From Bryobacterales bacterium (GTDB lineage: Bacteria; Acidobacteriota; Terriglobia; Bryobacterales; Bryobacteraceae), in contig JBAIXM010000051.1 of NCBI GenBank assembly GCA_037916615.1, positions 10,228 to 74,227 on the forward strand: DNA of 64,000 bases. The letters run 5' to 3'. This document shows, piece after piece, positions 53,440-62,471 of this stretch. Numbering within the stretch: position 1 is the stretch's first letter; the number at the start of each line of letters is the position of its first letter. The translations under genes were made by a program, and so were the position numbers. The notes under the pieces are model-generated. The model did no database searches and had not been told where the DNA came from. It saw nothing but the letters and a program-made list of their open reading frames with translations.

Positions 53440-54720
53440 ATGGACGACATCACTCGACGCGGTTTTATTGCTGCCGGCGCGGCCATCGCTGCTCCGTACA
53501 TTTTGAGATCCGACGACAAGGCGGGAACCAAAAATCTGATCCTTGGCGAGGGCGAGCACAAGTACGAATGCATCCACGACTGGGGGATGGCGTCGCTGCC
53601 GTCCAGCATCAAATACGGCAATACGCACAGCGTGTGTGAGGACTCTCAGGGTCACATCTACATTCACCACACGGTGCACAAAGATAGCCCGAGCCTCGAT
53701 AGCGTCGTCGTGTTCGATGAGAAAGGCAAGTTCGTCCGTTCCTGGGGGCCGATGTTCCATGGCGGCGCCCACGGGATGCACATCCACAAAGAGGGCAATA
53801 CAGAGTATCTGTACTTCTGCGACGAGAAGCACGGCATCATCACCAAGCGAACTCTCAAGGGCGAAGAAGTGTGGACGCTCGGATATCCGCAGGATTCGCC
53901 GATCTATCAGAAGGGTCCCGGCTCTACCGGTCCGGGCGGCGCTGCCGGTTTGAACTATCGCCCCACGAATTTTGCGATCACCGCGAACGGAAGTGACTTC
54001 TGGGTGGGCGACGGATACGGGTCGTATTACATGTTCCACTACACCCAGAAGGGGAACGAATATCCGCGGCTGAAGAACGTGTTCGGCGGTCCTCCGGCGG
54101 GCGCGGCCGGCGCAGGCGGGCGTGGAGCGGGTGGTGGCGGCGGCCGGGGTCAAGGCAAAGGTGGCGATCAGGCTAAAGGCGGCGCGCCCCCGCAATTCGC
54201 GGGCGGAGATCAGGCCAAGGGCGGCGGCAGAGGCGCGGGCGGTGGTGACGGAAGAGCCGCGGTTCCACCCCCGGGACAACCCGGCGTTCCCAGGGACGTG
54301 CCCATCGAGTCCATGAACAACCCGCACGGCAATATGGTGGATCTGCGCGATCCGGCCAATCCGATTCTGCTGGTGGCCGACCGGGGCAACGCACGCATTG
54401 TGCGCTACACGCTGGATGACAAACCGATCGATGTGATCGCAGGCACGAAGTCGCCCTGCCACTTCCACGAGCAGAAAGGCATGATCGTTGTTCCGGATTT
54501 GCAGGCTCGCGTCACTTTGCTCGATAAGAACAACAAGATCGTTCAGCATCTCGGCGAACCAACGATGCCGAATCCGCCGCGCACGACCGAGAATCGCGCG
54601 GACTTTATTCCGGGCCAGTTCGTGCAGCCGCACGGAGCGTGTTTCGACCACGCCGGAAACATTTTTGTAGTGGAGTGGGTCGAGATCGGCCGCGTCACGA
54701 AACTGCGGAAGCTGGCGTAA
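53440..54720 (+). CDS. Tat-exported NHL/six-bladed beta-propeller-like protein with internal Gly/Ala/Arg-rich insert
   Basis: Twin-arginine signal MDDITRRGFIAAGAAIAAP. Propeller-like repeats (GHIYIHH..., VVFDEKGKFV, FWVGDGYGS, LLVADRGNARIVRYT, GNIFVVEW). 68-aa low-complexity insert at residues about 216-283. Confidence 0.75.
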   Translation: MDDITRRGFIAAGAAIAAPYILRSDDKAGTKNLILGEGEHKYECIHDWGMASLPSSIKYGNTHSVCEDSQGHIYIHHTVHKDSPSLDSVVVFDEKGKFVRSWGPMFHGGAHGMHIHKEGNTEYLYFCDEKHGIITKRTLKGEEVWTLGYPQDSPIYQKGPGSTGPGGAAGLNYRPTNFAITANGSDFWVGDGYGSYYMFHYTQKGNEYPRLKNVFGGPPAGAAGAGGRGAGGGGGRGQGKGGDQAKGGAPPQFAGGDQAKGGGRGAGGGDGRAAVPPPGQPGVPRDVPIESMNNPHGNMVDLRDPANPILLVADRGNARIVRYTLDDKPIDVIAGTKSPCHFHEQKGMIVVPDLQARVTLLDKNNKIVQHLGEPTMPNPPRTTENRADFIPGQFVQPHGACFDHAGNIFVVEWVEIGRVTKLRKLA

Positions 54721-54746
54721 AACCATCCACACAACACAAAACTTGT

Positions 54747-54770
54747 AGGAGGCGGATAAATCCGCCTCCT
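54747..54770 (+). terminator. perfect hairpin between the propeller gene and glpF (terminator or regulatory; no U-tract)
   Basis: AGGAGGCGGAT-aa-ATCCGCCTCCT, an 11-bp palindromic stem. Followed by GCCACAGAGG rather than a T-run. Confidence 0.35.
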
Positions 54771-54786
54771 GCCACAGAGGAACTGA

Positions 54787-55503
54787 ATGGACACACGGCT
54801 GTTCGGCGAATTCATGGGCACGCTGGTGCTCGTTCTGTTGGGCAATGGTGTTGTTGCGAACGTAGTGCTGAAAAAGACGCTGGGATCCGCGGCGGGCTGG
54901 CTGACCATCGTGTTCGGCTACGGTCTCGGCGTGGTCGCCGGCGTCTTTACCGCAGTCGCGTGCGGCAGCAGCGATGCGCACATCAACCCTGCCGTCACAC
55001 TCGGGTTCGCCATTTCTTCCGGTGACTTCAGCAAATTCATTCCCTATCTGATCGCCCAGGTACTCGGCGGGCTGGTCGGCGGCGCTCTTGTGTGGATTCA
55101 CTTCCTCCCACACTGGGCGGAAACCTCGGATCCGGGTTCAAAACTCGCCTGCTTCTCCACAGGTCCGGCGATCCGCAGGTTCGGCGCAAATCTCATCAGC
55201 GAGATCATCGGTACCTTCCTGTTGGTGATCATCATCGCCTCCATTGTGAAGACCGCGCCGGCGCCGGGATTAGTTCCCTTCCTGGTAGGCGCAACCGTGT
55301 GGGCGATCGGCTCCGGTCTGGGCGGCACTACCGGATTCGCGATCAACCCCGCCCGCGATTTGGGTCCTCGAATTGCTCACGCGATTCTCCCGATTCCCGG
55401 TAAAGGGGGCTCCGATTTCGGCTACGGACTCTCCGTTCCTGTACTCGGCGGGCTGATCGGCGGCGCACTGGCCGGCCTGTTCATCCGCGTCGCGCATTTG
55501 TAA
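54787..55503 (+). CDS. glpF: aquaglyceroporin (MIP family, GlpF-like)
   Basis: Two NPA boxes (HINPAVTLG, INPARDLGPR). 238 aa, 6 TM segments. Confidence 0.92.
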   Translation: MDTRLFGEFMGTLVLVLLGNGVVANVVLKKTLGSAAGWLTIVFGYGLGVVAGVFTAVACGSSDAHINPAVTLGFAISSGDFSKFIPYLIAQVLGGLVGGALVWIHFLPHWAETSDPGSKLACFSTGPAIRRFGANLISEIIGTFLLVIIIASIVKTAPAPGLVPFLVGATVWAIGSGLGGTTGFAINPARDLGPRIAHAILPIPGKGGSDFGYGLSVPVLGGLIGGALAGLFIRVAHL

Positions 55504-55689
55504 CGAACTCCCGCCCTATCGCGTCTCAACACTACTTCTGTGCTTGCGGAAGTTAGGGTATAATTCTTGAGCGCTCGATCTTGAGAGCACAATGCGGACA
55601 CGCGTCCGGTAGAAGTGTCCACCGTGTGCGCGAGCCGAAAGACAAAGCGGAAACGACCAACAGAGACGATCAAAGGAGAACGGGCAACT

Positions 55690-56085
55690 ATGGTGAGTCT
55701 GGCGGACGCTCGTAGAGTAATTGCTGCCGCGGAGAAGAAAGCGACGGAGATCGGGCAGCCGATGAATATCGCAGTGGCGGATGAAGGCGGGAATATCGTA
55801 GCGCACGTTCGCATGGACGGGGCGTGGATCGGAAGCATCGATATCTCCCAGAAGAAGGCGTACACGTCGCGCGCTTTCGATATTTCCACAAAGGATCTGG
55901 CGGCACATTCGCAATCGGGAGGCCAGTTTTTTGGAATCCATGCATCGAACAACGGGAAGATCATGATTTTCGCCGGAGGCATTCCGCTGAAAAAGGCTGG
56001 CAAGGTTGTGGGCGCGATCGGCGTCAGCGGCGGATCGGGAGATCAGGATCATGCGGTGGCCGAGGCGGGCGCCGCGGCGTTTTAA
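55690..56085 (+). CDS. GlcG/HbpS-like haem-binding protein (DUF336)
   Basis: ATG 55690 preceded by AAAGGAGAA. IAVADEGGNIVAHVRMDGA...SIDISQKKAYTSRAF...GGIPL...GAIGVSGGSGDQDHAVAEAG. Confidence 0.85.
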   Translation: MVSLADARRVIAAAEKKATEIGQPMNIAVADEGGNIVAHVRMDGAWIGSIDISQKKAYTSRAFDISTKDLAAHSQSGGQFFGIHASNNGKIMIFAGGIPLKKAGKVVGAIGVSGGSGDQDHAVAEAGAAAF

Positions 56086-56152
56086 GTCTTCAATCGCGCT
56101 GTGTGCTCAAAGAGCTGAAGAGTAATCGAGAGGAAAAAAGGAGAGAGGTAGT

Positions 56153-57367
56153 ATGGCAACAAATCGTGGAGTAGCTTACATCAAGCCGGGTGAGGTACAG
56201 GTCCAATCCATACCGTATCCGAAGCTGAAGATGCCCAAGAGCGAATCGGACCCGTTCGGCGGGAAAGATGCTCCTCACGGCGTCATTCTGAAAGTCGTGA
56301 CCACCAATATCTGCGGGTCGGACCAGCACATGGTGCGCGGCCGGACCACGGCGCCTCAGGGGTTGATCCTCGGTCACGAGATCACCGGCGAAATTATCGA
56401 AAAGGGCAGCGACGTCGAAATGTTGAACGTCGGCGACCTGGTCACCGTGCCATTCAACATCGCTTGCGGGCGCTGCCGTAATTGCCGCGAAGGCAAGACC
56501 GGCATCTGCCTGACCGTGAATCCGGCTCGTCCGGGCGCGGCCTACGGCTATGTGGATATGGGCGGATGGGTCGGCGGACAGGCGGAATACGTGATGGTTC
56601 CCTACGCCGATTTCAACCTGATCAAGTTCCCGAACAAGGAAAAGGCGATGGCGAAGATCAAGGACCTCACCTTGCTCTCCGACATCTTCCCGACCGGGTT
56701 CCACGGCTGCGTCCAGGCGGGCGTCGGACCGGGCACTACGGTCTACATTGCCGGCGCGGGACCCGTCGGTCTGGCGGCAGCGGCCGGAGCCCAGTTGCTC
56801 GGCGCGGCCGTTGTGATCGTCGGCGACATGATTCCGGAACGCCTGGCGCAGGCGAAGAGTTTCGGCTGCGAGACCATCGACCTCCGCAAGGATGCGACGC
56901 TGGCCCAGCAGATCGAGCAGATTGTTGGCGAACCAGTGGTGGATTGCACCGTCGATTGCGTCGGTTTCGAGGCGCACGGACAGGGTAAGGACGCGGGCGT
57001 CGAAAAGCCGGCCACGGTTCTGAACTCGCTTCAGGAAGTGGTTCGCGCGGGCGGTTCGATCGGCATTCCGGGACTTTACGTCACCGGCGACCCGGGCGGG
57101 ATCGATGAGAACGCCAAGATCGGGGCCCTCAGCATCCGCATCGGATTGGGATGGGCGAAGTCCTGCTCGTTCCACACCGGCCAGTGCCCGGTGCTCCGTT
57201 ACAATCGCCAGCTCATGATGGCGATTTTGCACGACAAGGTGCATCCCGCCAAGGCGGTGAACGCGACTCTCATTTCTCTGGACCAGGCGCCGCAGGGATA
57301 CAAGGACTTCGACAAGGGCGCGGCGAAGAAATTCGTCATCGACCCGCACAAGTCGGTGAAAGCGTAG
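56153..57367 (+). CDS. fdhA: glutathione-independent formaldehyde dehydrogenase (Zn-dependent)
   Basis: NRGVAYIKPGEVQV..., HGVILKVVTTNICGSDQHMVRGRTTA, GHEITGE, CGRCRNCREGKTGICL, YGYVDMGGWVGGQAEYVMVPYADFNL. Closely matches the remembered FdhA pattern. Confidence 0.9.
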   Translation: MATNRGVAYIKPGEVQVQSIPYPKLKMPKSESDPFGGKDAPHGVILKVVTTNICGSDQHMVRGRTTAPQGLILGHEITGEIIEKGSDVEMLNVGDLVTVPFNIACGRCRNCREGKTGICLTVNPARPGAAYGYVDMGGWVGGQAEYVMVPYADFNLIKFPNKEKAMAKIKDLTLLSDIFPTGFHGCVQAGVGPGTTVYIAGAGPVGLAAAAGAQLLGAAVVIVGDMIPERLAQAKSFGCETIDLRKDATLAQQIEQIVGEPVVDCTVDCVGFEAHGQGKDAGVEKPATVLNSLQEVVRAGGSIGIPGLYVTGDPGGIDENAKIGALSIRIGLGWAKSCSFHTGQCPVLRYNRQLMMAILHDKVHPAKAVNATLISLDQAPQGYKDFDKGAAKKFVIDPHKSVKA

Positions 57368-57407
57368 AAACTCGGAAAGATCGTAAGAAAAGATCGTAAG
57401 AAAGGCG

Positions 57408-57447
57408 GGGGGCGCCGGAGAATCATCTCTCCGGCGCCTCCTCGTTT
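57408..57447 (+). terminator. terminator-like hairpin after fdhA
   Basis: GGCGCCGGAGA (57411-57421), loop ATCATC, TCTCCGGCGCC (57428-57438), then TCCTCGTTT. A T6 run lies 20 nt further downstream. Confidence 0.5.
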
Positions 57448-57501
57448 ATGCGGAACGTTTTTTGTCCTCAGCCGTATATCTGAAAGGAGCCGACCCCTGC
57501 C

Positions 57502-59955
57502 ATGGAGTCTTTTTTTAAAGACCTGAAGCATTCCGTCAGGATGTTTCTGCACAGCCCGGCATTTACCATCACCGCCATACTGGCGCTGGCCCTCGGGGTC
57601 GGCACGAACACGGCTATCTTCACGCTGATCGACCGGGTGCTGCTGAAACCCATGCCCTATCCGGAAGCCGACCGCATCGTATTCCTGATGAACACGTTCC
57701 CGGGCGGGTCGGTGAACGGAGCGTCGCCCGCTAAGTTCGCGTTCTGGCGCGCAAATGCGCAGACGCTCCAGGAAGTTTCGGCGTGGCGTTTCGGCGTGGC
57801 GAATTATAAAACCGGCGACCAGCCGGAGCAGATTCAAGCGACGCAGGCCAGCGCGGACTTTTTTCATCTTCTGGGAGCGAACACCATTCTCGGCCGCACC
57901 TACACGCAGGAAGAAGACCTGCCGGGCGGCCGCGACGTAGTGGTGCTCTCGGAGCGATTCTGGCGGCGGCGGTTCGGCGCGGATCGACAGGTGATCGGCC
58001 GTACCATGACCCTGAACGGCGCGCCCCACGAGATCATCGGCGTGGTTTCGAACGATTTGAAGATCGAGATCGACGAACCTCCGGAGATCTATCTTCCGTT
58101 CAAGCTCGATCCCAACACCACGGAACAGGGAAACTATTTCTTTGTCGGCGCGCGGCTAAAGCCGGGCGTGACCCTGGCGGCGGCCAACGCGCAACTGAAG
58201 CCGCTGGCCGACGAATACCGTCGCCTGTATCCTGCGGGCATCGGGCCGCAGCAGGGTTTCGGCGTGGAGCGGCTGCGCGAAGTGCTGGTGCGCGGAGTGA
58301 GGACGCTGCTGTGGGTGCTGCTGGGCGCGGTGGGATTCGTACTGTTGATCGCATGCGCGAACGTCGCGAATCTGCTGCTTGCGCGCGCCACGGGACGGCA
58401 GCGTGAGATCGCGATCCGCGCGGCGGTGGGCGCGGGGCGCGGCCGCATCATCCGCCAGATGCTCACCGAGAGCGTGGTGCTGTCGCTCGCCGGCGGAGTT
58501 GTGGGGCTGGCGATCGGGTATCTGGGGATTCGGGCGATCCTGAGCATCAGTCCCGGCAATATCCCGCGCATCGGGTTGGGCACGGACCTGCCGCTCGATC
58601 CAGCGATCGTGCTGTTCACCCTCGGGCTCTCGATCCTCACCGGACTGCTGTTCGGACTCATCCCGGCGCTGCAGGCGTCGCGCGCGGACTTAAGCAGCAC
58701 GATCAAAGAATCGACCGGCCGCGGAGGCACCAGCTTTCGGCAGAACAAAGCCCGGTCGGTGCTGGTGATCGTGGAGGTAGCGCTGGCTCTGGTGCTGCTG
58801 ATCGGCGCGGGGCTGCTGCTGCGGACCTTTACGGCCCTGCGCGGCGTGAAGCCGGGTTTCGATCCGCACAATGTGCTGACGCTGCGAATGCTGTTCTCAG
58901 GCGACCGGTTCAAGAAAACGGATGACGTCCAGCGCGTGGTGCGCGAGGGTCTCGATCGCCTGAAAGCGCTGCCGGGCGTGGAGACCGCGAGCGTGACCTG
59001 TTGCGTGCCCCTGGAAGGCGGGTACGGGCTGCCGTTCATCATCGTCGGGCGGCCTCTCAACGGGACATCGCACGGCGGCGGCAAGTTCATGATGATCGGC
59101 GAGTCGTATTTCGACGTGTTCAAGATGGCCATGGTTCGAGGGCGCGCGTTTACCGATCAGGATCGCAGCGGCGCGCCGAACGCGGTGATCGTGAACGACG
59201 CCTTCGTCAAGCAGTACTGGAAAGAGGGCGGCGATCCGCTGGGCCAGCAGTTGTTCATCGGCAAGGGGTTTGGCGAGTTCGAGGACACCTCCCGCCAGAT
59301 TGTAGGCATCGTGAGCGACGTCCGCGACAACGGGCTGAACAACAATCCGGGGCCGACCATGTATGTTCCGTTAGCGCAGCTTTCCGACCATTTCACCGCG
59401 GCTGTGAACCGGCTGGGTCCTCTGGCGTGGGTGGTGCGGACCAGAGTCGAGCCGCGCACGCTGCTCACTCCCATTCAGAAAGAGCTGAGCGACGTGAGCG
59501 GCGGGCTGTCGCTCGCGCCCATCCGCACGATGGATGAGGTGGTGGCGCGCTCGACCGCCGCATCGGATTTTAATGCGCTGGTGCTGACGATTTTCGCGGG
59601 ATCTGCGCTGCTGCTGGCGGCGATCGGCATTTACGGCCTGATGGCGTATTCCGTAGGCCAGCGGACTCAGGAAATCGGAATCCGGCTGGCGCTCGGGGCG
59701 GAGCCGGGACGCGTGCGGAACATGATGGTGTTTCAGGGCATGCGTCTTGCGATCGTGGGCGTTGTGATCGGCCTGGCGTCCGCGTTCGGATTGACCAAAC
59801 TGATCGCCAGCCTGCTGTATGGCGTCAAACAGAGAGATCCATTCATCTTCAGCGGCGTGCCGCTGCTCCTCAGCGTGGTGGCGCTGATCGCGGTTTGGCT
59901 TCCGGCGCGGCGAGCGACGAGGGTCAGCCCGGTGGACGCGCTGCGCTGCGAATAG
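57502..59955 (+). CDS. duplicated orphan MacB/FtsX permease (ADOP family)
   Basis: 817 aa. MESFFKDLKHSVRMFLHSPAFT start, two FtsX halves (ATGRQREIAIRAAVGA, QRTQEIGIRLALGA), C-terminus ARRATRVSPVDALRCE. Confidence 0.9.
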   Translation: MESFFKDLKHSVRMFLHSPAFTITAILALALGVGTNTAIFTLIDRVLLKPMPYPEADRIVFLMNTFPGGSVNGASPAKFAFWRANAQTLQEVSAWRFGVANYKTGDQPEQIQATQASADFFHLLGANTILGRTYTQEEDLPGGRDVVVLSERFWRRRFGADRQVIGRTMTLNGAPHEIIGVVSNDLKIEIDEPPEIYLPFKLDPNTTEQGNYFFVGARLKPGVTLAAANAQLKPLADEYRRLYPAGIGPQQGFGVERLREVLVRGVRTLLWVLLGAVGFVLLIACANVANLLLARATGRQREIAIRAAVGAGRGRIIRQMLTESVVLSLAGGVVGLAIGYLGIRAILSISPGNIPRIGLGTDLPLDPAIVLFTLGLSILTGLLFGLIPALQASRADLSSTIKESTGRGGTSFRQNKARSVLVIVEVALALVLLIGAGLLLRTFTALRGVKPGFDPHNVLTLRMLFSGDRFKKTDDVQRVVREGLDRLKALPGVETASVTCCVPLEGGYGLPFIIVGRPLNGTSHGGGKFMMIGESYFDVFKMAMVRGRAFTDQDRSGAPNAVIVNDAFVKQYWKEGGDPLGQQLFIGKGFGEFEDTSRQIVGIVSDVRDNGLNNNPGPTMYVPLAQLSDHFTAAVNRLGPLAWVVRTRVEPRTLLTPIQKELSDVSGGLSLAPIRTMDEVVARSTAASDFNALVLTIFAGSALLLAAIGIYGLMAYSVGQRTQEIGIRLALGAEPGRVRNMMVFQGMRLAIVGVVIGLASAFGLTKLIASLLYGVKQRDPFIFSGVPLLLSVVALIAVWLPARRATRVSPVDALRCE

Positions 59956-60014
59956 AGAATTTGGGAAACCTTTCGGGATTTCGCCGGTATAAGTGAACAG
60001 GAGCTGTTCGGACC

Positions 60015-62471
60015 ATGCCGTCCTTCTTTCAGGACCTCAAACAGTCGATCCGGATATTCTTGAATTCTCCGGGATTCACTCTTACCGCGGTTCTGGCCCT
60101 GGCGCTGGGCGTGGGGGCCAACACCGCGATCTTTTCCCTGATCAATACCGTCCTCCTCAAACCCGTGAATTTTCCCGACCCCGAGCGGATCGTCATCTTC
60201 ATGAACGTCTCCCCGCAAGGATCGGGTTTCGGCGCCTCACCGGTGAAATTCAACTTCTTCCGCTCCCTGACCGGCGTATTCCAGGACGTTTCCGCCTGGA
60301 CCTTTGGCGTGGCGAGTTATAAGGCCGGGGATCTCCCGGAACAGATTCAGGAGACGCAGGCCAGCGCCAGTTTCTTCGACTTGTATGGAGCCACGTCGCT
60401 TTACGGCAGAACCTATACACAGGATGAGGATCGTCCTCGTGGACCCGATGTGGCGGTCTTGGCTTATGGATTTTGGCAGCGGCGTTTCGCTGCCGATCCC
60501 AGCGTGGTCGGAAAAACGATCACTCTCAACGGGACGCCGCACGAAATCATCGGAGTGGTTGGCCCCGGGCTAAAGATTGAGATCGATCAGCCGCCCGACG
60601 TCTACGTGCCGTTCCGGCTGGATCCCTACAGTGCGAACGAGGGGAATTATTTCCAGGTGGCCGGACGTCTGAAGCCGGGCGTGAGCCTGGCCTCGGCGAA
60701 TGAGCAACTCAAGGCCGCCACGGAAGGCTTCCGCAAAAACTATCCGAACAGCCTGGGGCCGCAGGGAACCTTCGGCGTACAACCGCTTCAGGAAGTTCTG
60801 GTGAGCGGCGTGCGCACGCTGCTTTGGGTTTTGCTGGGGGCCGTCGGTTTCGTGCTGCTGATTGCATGCGCCAACGTCGCAAATCTTCTGCTGGCGCGAG
60901 CCACAGGACGCAAACGCGAGATCGCCATTCGCGCTTCCCTGGGAGCCGGGCGCGGCCGAATCGTACGCCAGTTGCTCACCGAAAGCGTCGTTCTGTCGCT
61001 AACGGGCGGGGTGCTCGGACTCTTTCTGGGATTCGCCGGAATCCGCGGCATTCTCAGTTTGAATCCCGGCAACATCCCGCGCGTGGGGCTGCAGGGTAAC
61101 GCCGTGTCGATGGACCTGCGGGTGGTGCTATTCACGCTCGGACTATCGGTCGCGACCGGCATTCTTTTCGGGCTCTTCCCCGCGCTGCAGGTCTCAAGAA
61201 CCGATCTCAGCAGCACCATCAAGGAATCCACCGGAAAAGGCGGCACCAGTTTTCGCCAGAATAAGGCGCGTTCTCTGCTGGTGGTAACGGAGACGGCGCT
61301 GGCGCTGATTCTGCTGATCGGAGCCGCACTGTTGCTGCGAACCTTCACTGCTCTTCGTGCCGTAAATCCCGGCTTCGATTCGCACAACGTTCTGACGCTG
61401 CGCATGTCTCTCAACGAACCGCGGTTCGCGAAAACCGCGGCCGCGGATCTATTGCTGCGCCAGGGAATCGAGCGCGTCAAGGCTTTGCCAGGAGTTGAGA
61501 CCGTGGCCGTGACGTGCTGTGTGCCGCTGGAAGGCGGCCTCGGGCTTCCGTTCGTTATCGTGGGCCGGCCGCTGCAAGGAAGCTCGCATGGCGGCGCGCG
61601 CTACCTGTTCGCCACGGCGGGCTACTTCGACGTATTCAAAATTCCGCTCGTGCGAGGGCGCACCTTCACGGACCAGGACGGCGTGGGATCGTCTCCCGTC
61701 GTGGTCATTAATCAGGCCATGGCCAAACGGTTTTGGCCCAAGGGCGATCCCCTGGCGGATCGGCTCATCATCGGCCGAAGTCTCGGGCCGGATTTCAGCG
61801 ATAGTCCCCGCCAGATTATCGGGATCGTCGGCGATATTCGCGACAACGGGCTGAACAACGATCCGGGGCCAACCATGTACGTCCCCCACGCGCAGATTAC
61901 CGACAATATGAATGCGGGCGTCTCGAGTCTCGCGCCGATGGCCTGGGTGGTACGAACGCGCGTCGAACCGCGCTCACTCAGCACGGCGATCCAGAAGGAA
62001 CTGAGCGACGTGAGCGGCGGACTCGCGCTGGCGCCCGTTCGAACCATGGACGAGATCGTCTCTCGTTCCACGGCCAATACCGATTTCAACACGCTGGTGC
62101 TCACGGTCTTTGCCTGCACGGCGCTGCTGCTGGCCGCGATCGGAATCTATGGTTTGATGGCGTATTCGGCGGAACAGCGCACGCAGGAGATCGGGATCAG
62201 GCTGGCACTCGGCGCCAAGTATGGTTATGTGCGGAACATGATCATCCTCCAAGGCATGCGCCTGGCGCTCACAGGGATCGCGATCGGCGTCGCTTTGTCG
62301 TTCGCGCTGACCAAGCTGATTGCGAGCCTGCTGTTCGGCGTGCAGGCTCGTGACACCCTTGTGTTCATCGGTGCGCCAGTGCTGTTGAGCCTGGTGGCTT
62401 TGATCGCGGTGTGGGTTCCGGCCCGAAGAGCGACGCGCGTCAGTCCCCTGGACGCGCTGCGCTGCGAGTAG
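60015..62471 (+). CDS. duplicated orphan MacB/FtsX permease (ADOP family), tandem paralog
   Basis: 818 aa, colinear with 57502..59955 (by eye about 65-70% identical; e.g. both contain VRTLLWVLLGAVGFVLLIACANVANLLLARATGR). Confidence 0.9.
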   Translation: MPSFFQDLKQSIRIFLNSPGFTLTAVLALALGVGANTAIFSLINTVLLKPVNFPDPERIVIFMNVSPQGSGFGASPVKFNFFRSLTGVFQDVSAWTFGVASYKAGDLPEQIQETQASASFFDLYGATSLYGRTYTQDEDRPRGPDVAVLAYGFWQRRFAADPSVVGKTITLNGTPHEIIGVVGPGLKIEIDQPPDVYVPFRLDPYSANEGNYFQVAGRLKPGVSLASANEQLKAATEGFRKNYPNSLGPQGTFGVQPLQEVLVSGVRTLLWVLLGAVGFVLLIACANVANLLLARATGRKREIAIRASLGAGRGRIVRQLLTESVVLSLTGGVLGLFLGFAGIRGILSLNPGNIPRVGLQGNAVSMDLRVVLFTLGLSVATGILFGLFPALQVSRTDLSSTIKESTGKGGTSFRQNKARSLLVVTETALALILLIGAALLLRTFTALRAVNPGFDSHNVLTLRMSLNEPRFAKTAAADLLLRQGIERVKALPGVETVAVTCCVPLEGGLGLPFVIVGRPLQGSSHGGARYLFATAGYFDVFKIPLVRGRTFTDQDGVGSSPVVVINQAMAKRFWPKGDPLADRLIIGRSLGPDFSDSPRQIIGIVGDIRDNGLNNDPGPTMYVPHAQITDNMNAGVSSLAPMAWVVRTRVEPRSLSTAIQKELSDVSGGLALAPVRTMDEIVSRSTANTDFNTLVLTVFACTALLLAAIGIYGLMAYSAEQRTQEIGIRLALGAKYGYVRNMIILQGMRLALTGIAIGVALSFALTKLIASLLFGVQARDTLVFIGAPVLLSLVALIAVWVPARRATRVSPLDALRCE

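Noticed and set aside
53224-55113. 629-aa minus-strand ORF
   Set aside because: It is antisense to the Tat propeller gene and glpF, and it crosses a strong plus-strand terminator and promoter. A shadow ORF.
56090-57349. 419-aa minus-strand ORF
   Set aside because: It is antisense to an unmistakable formaldehyde dehydrogenase.
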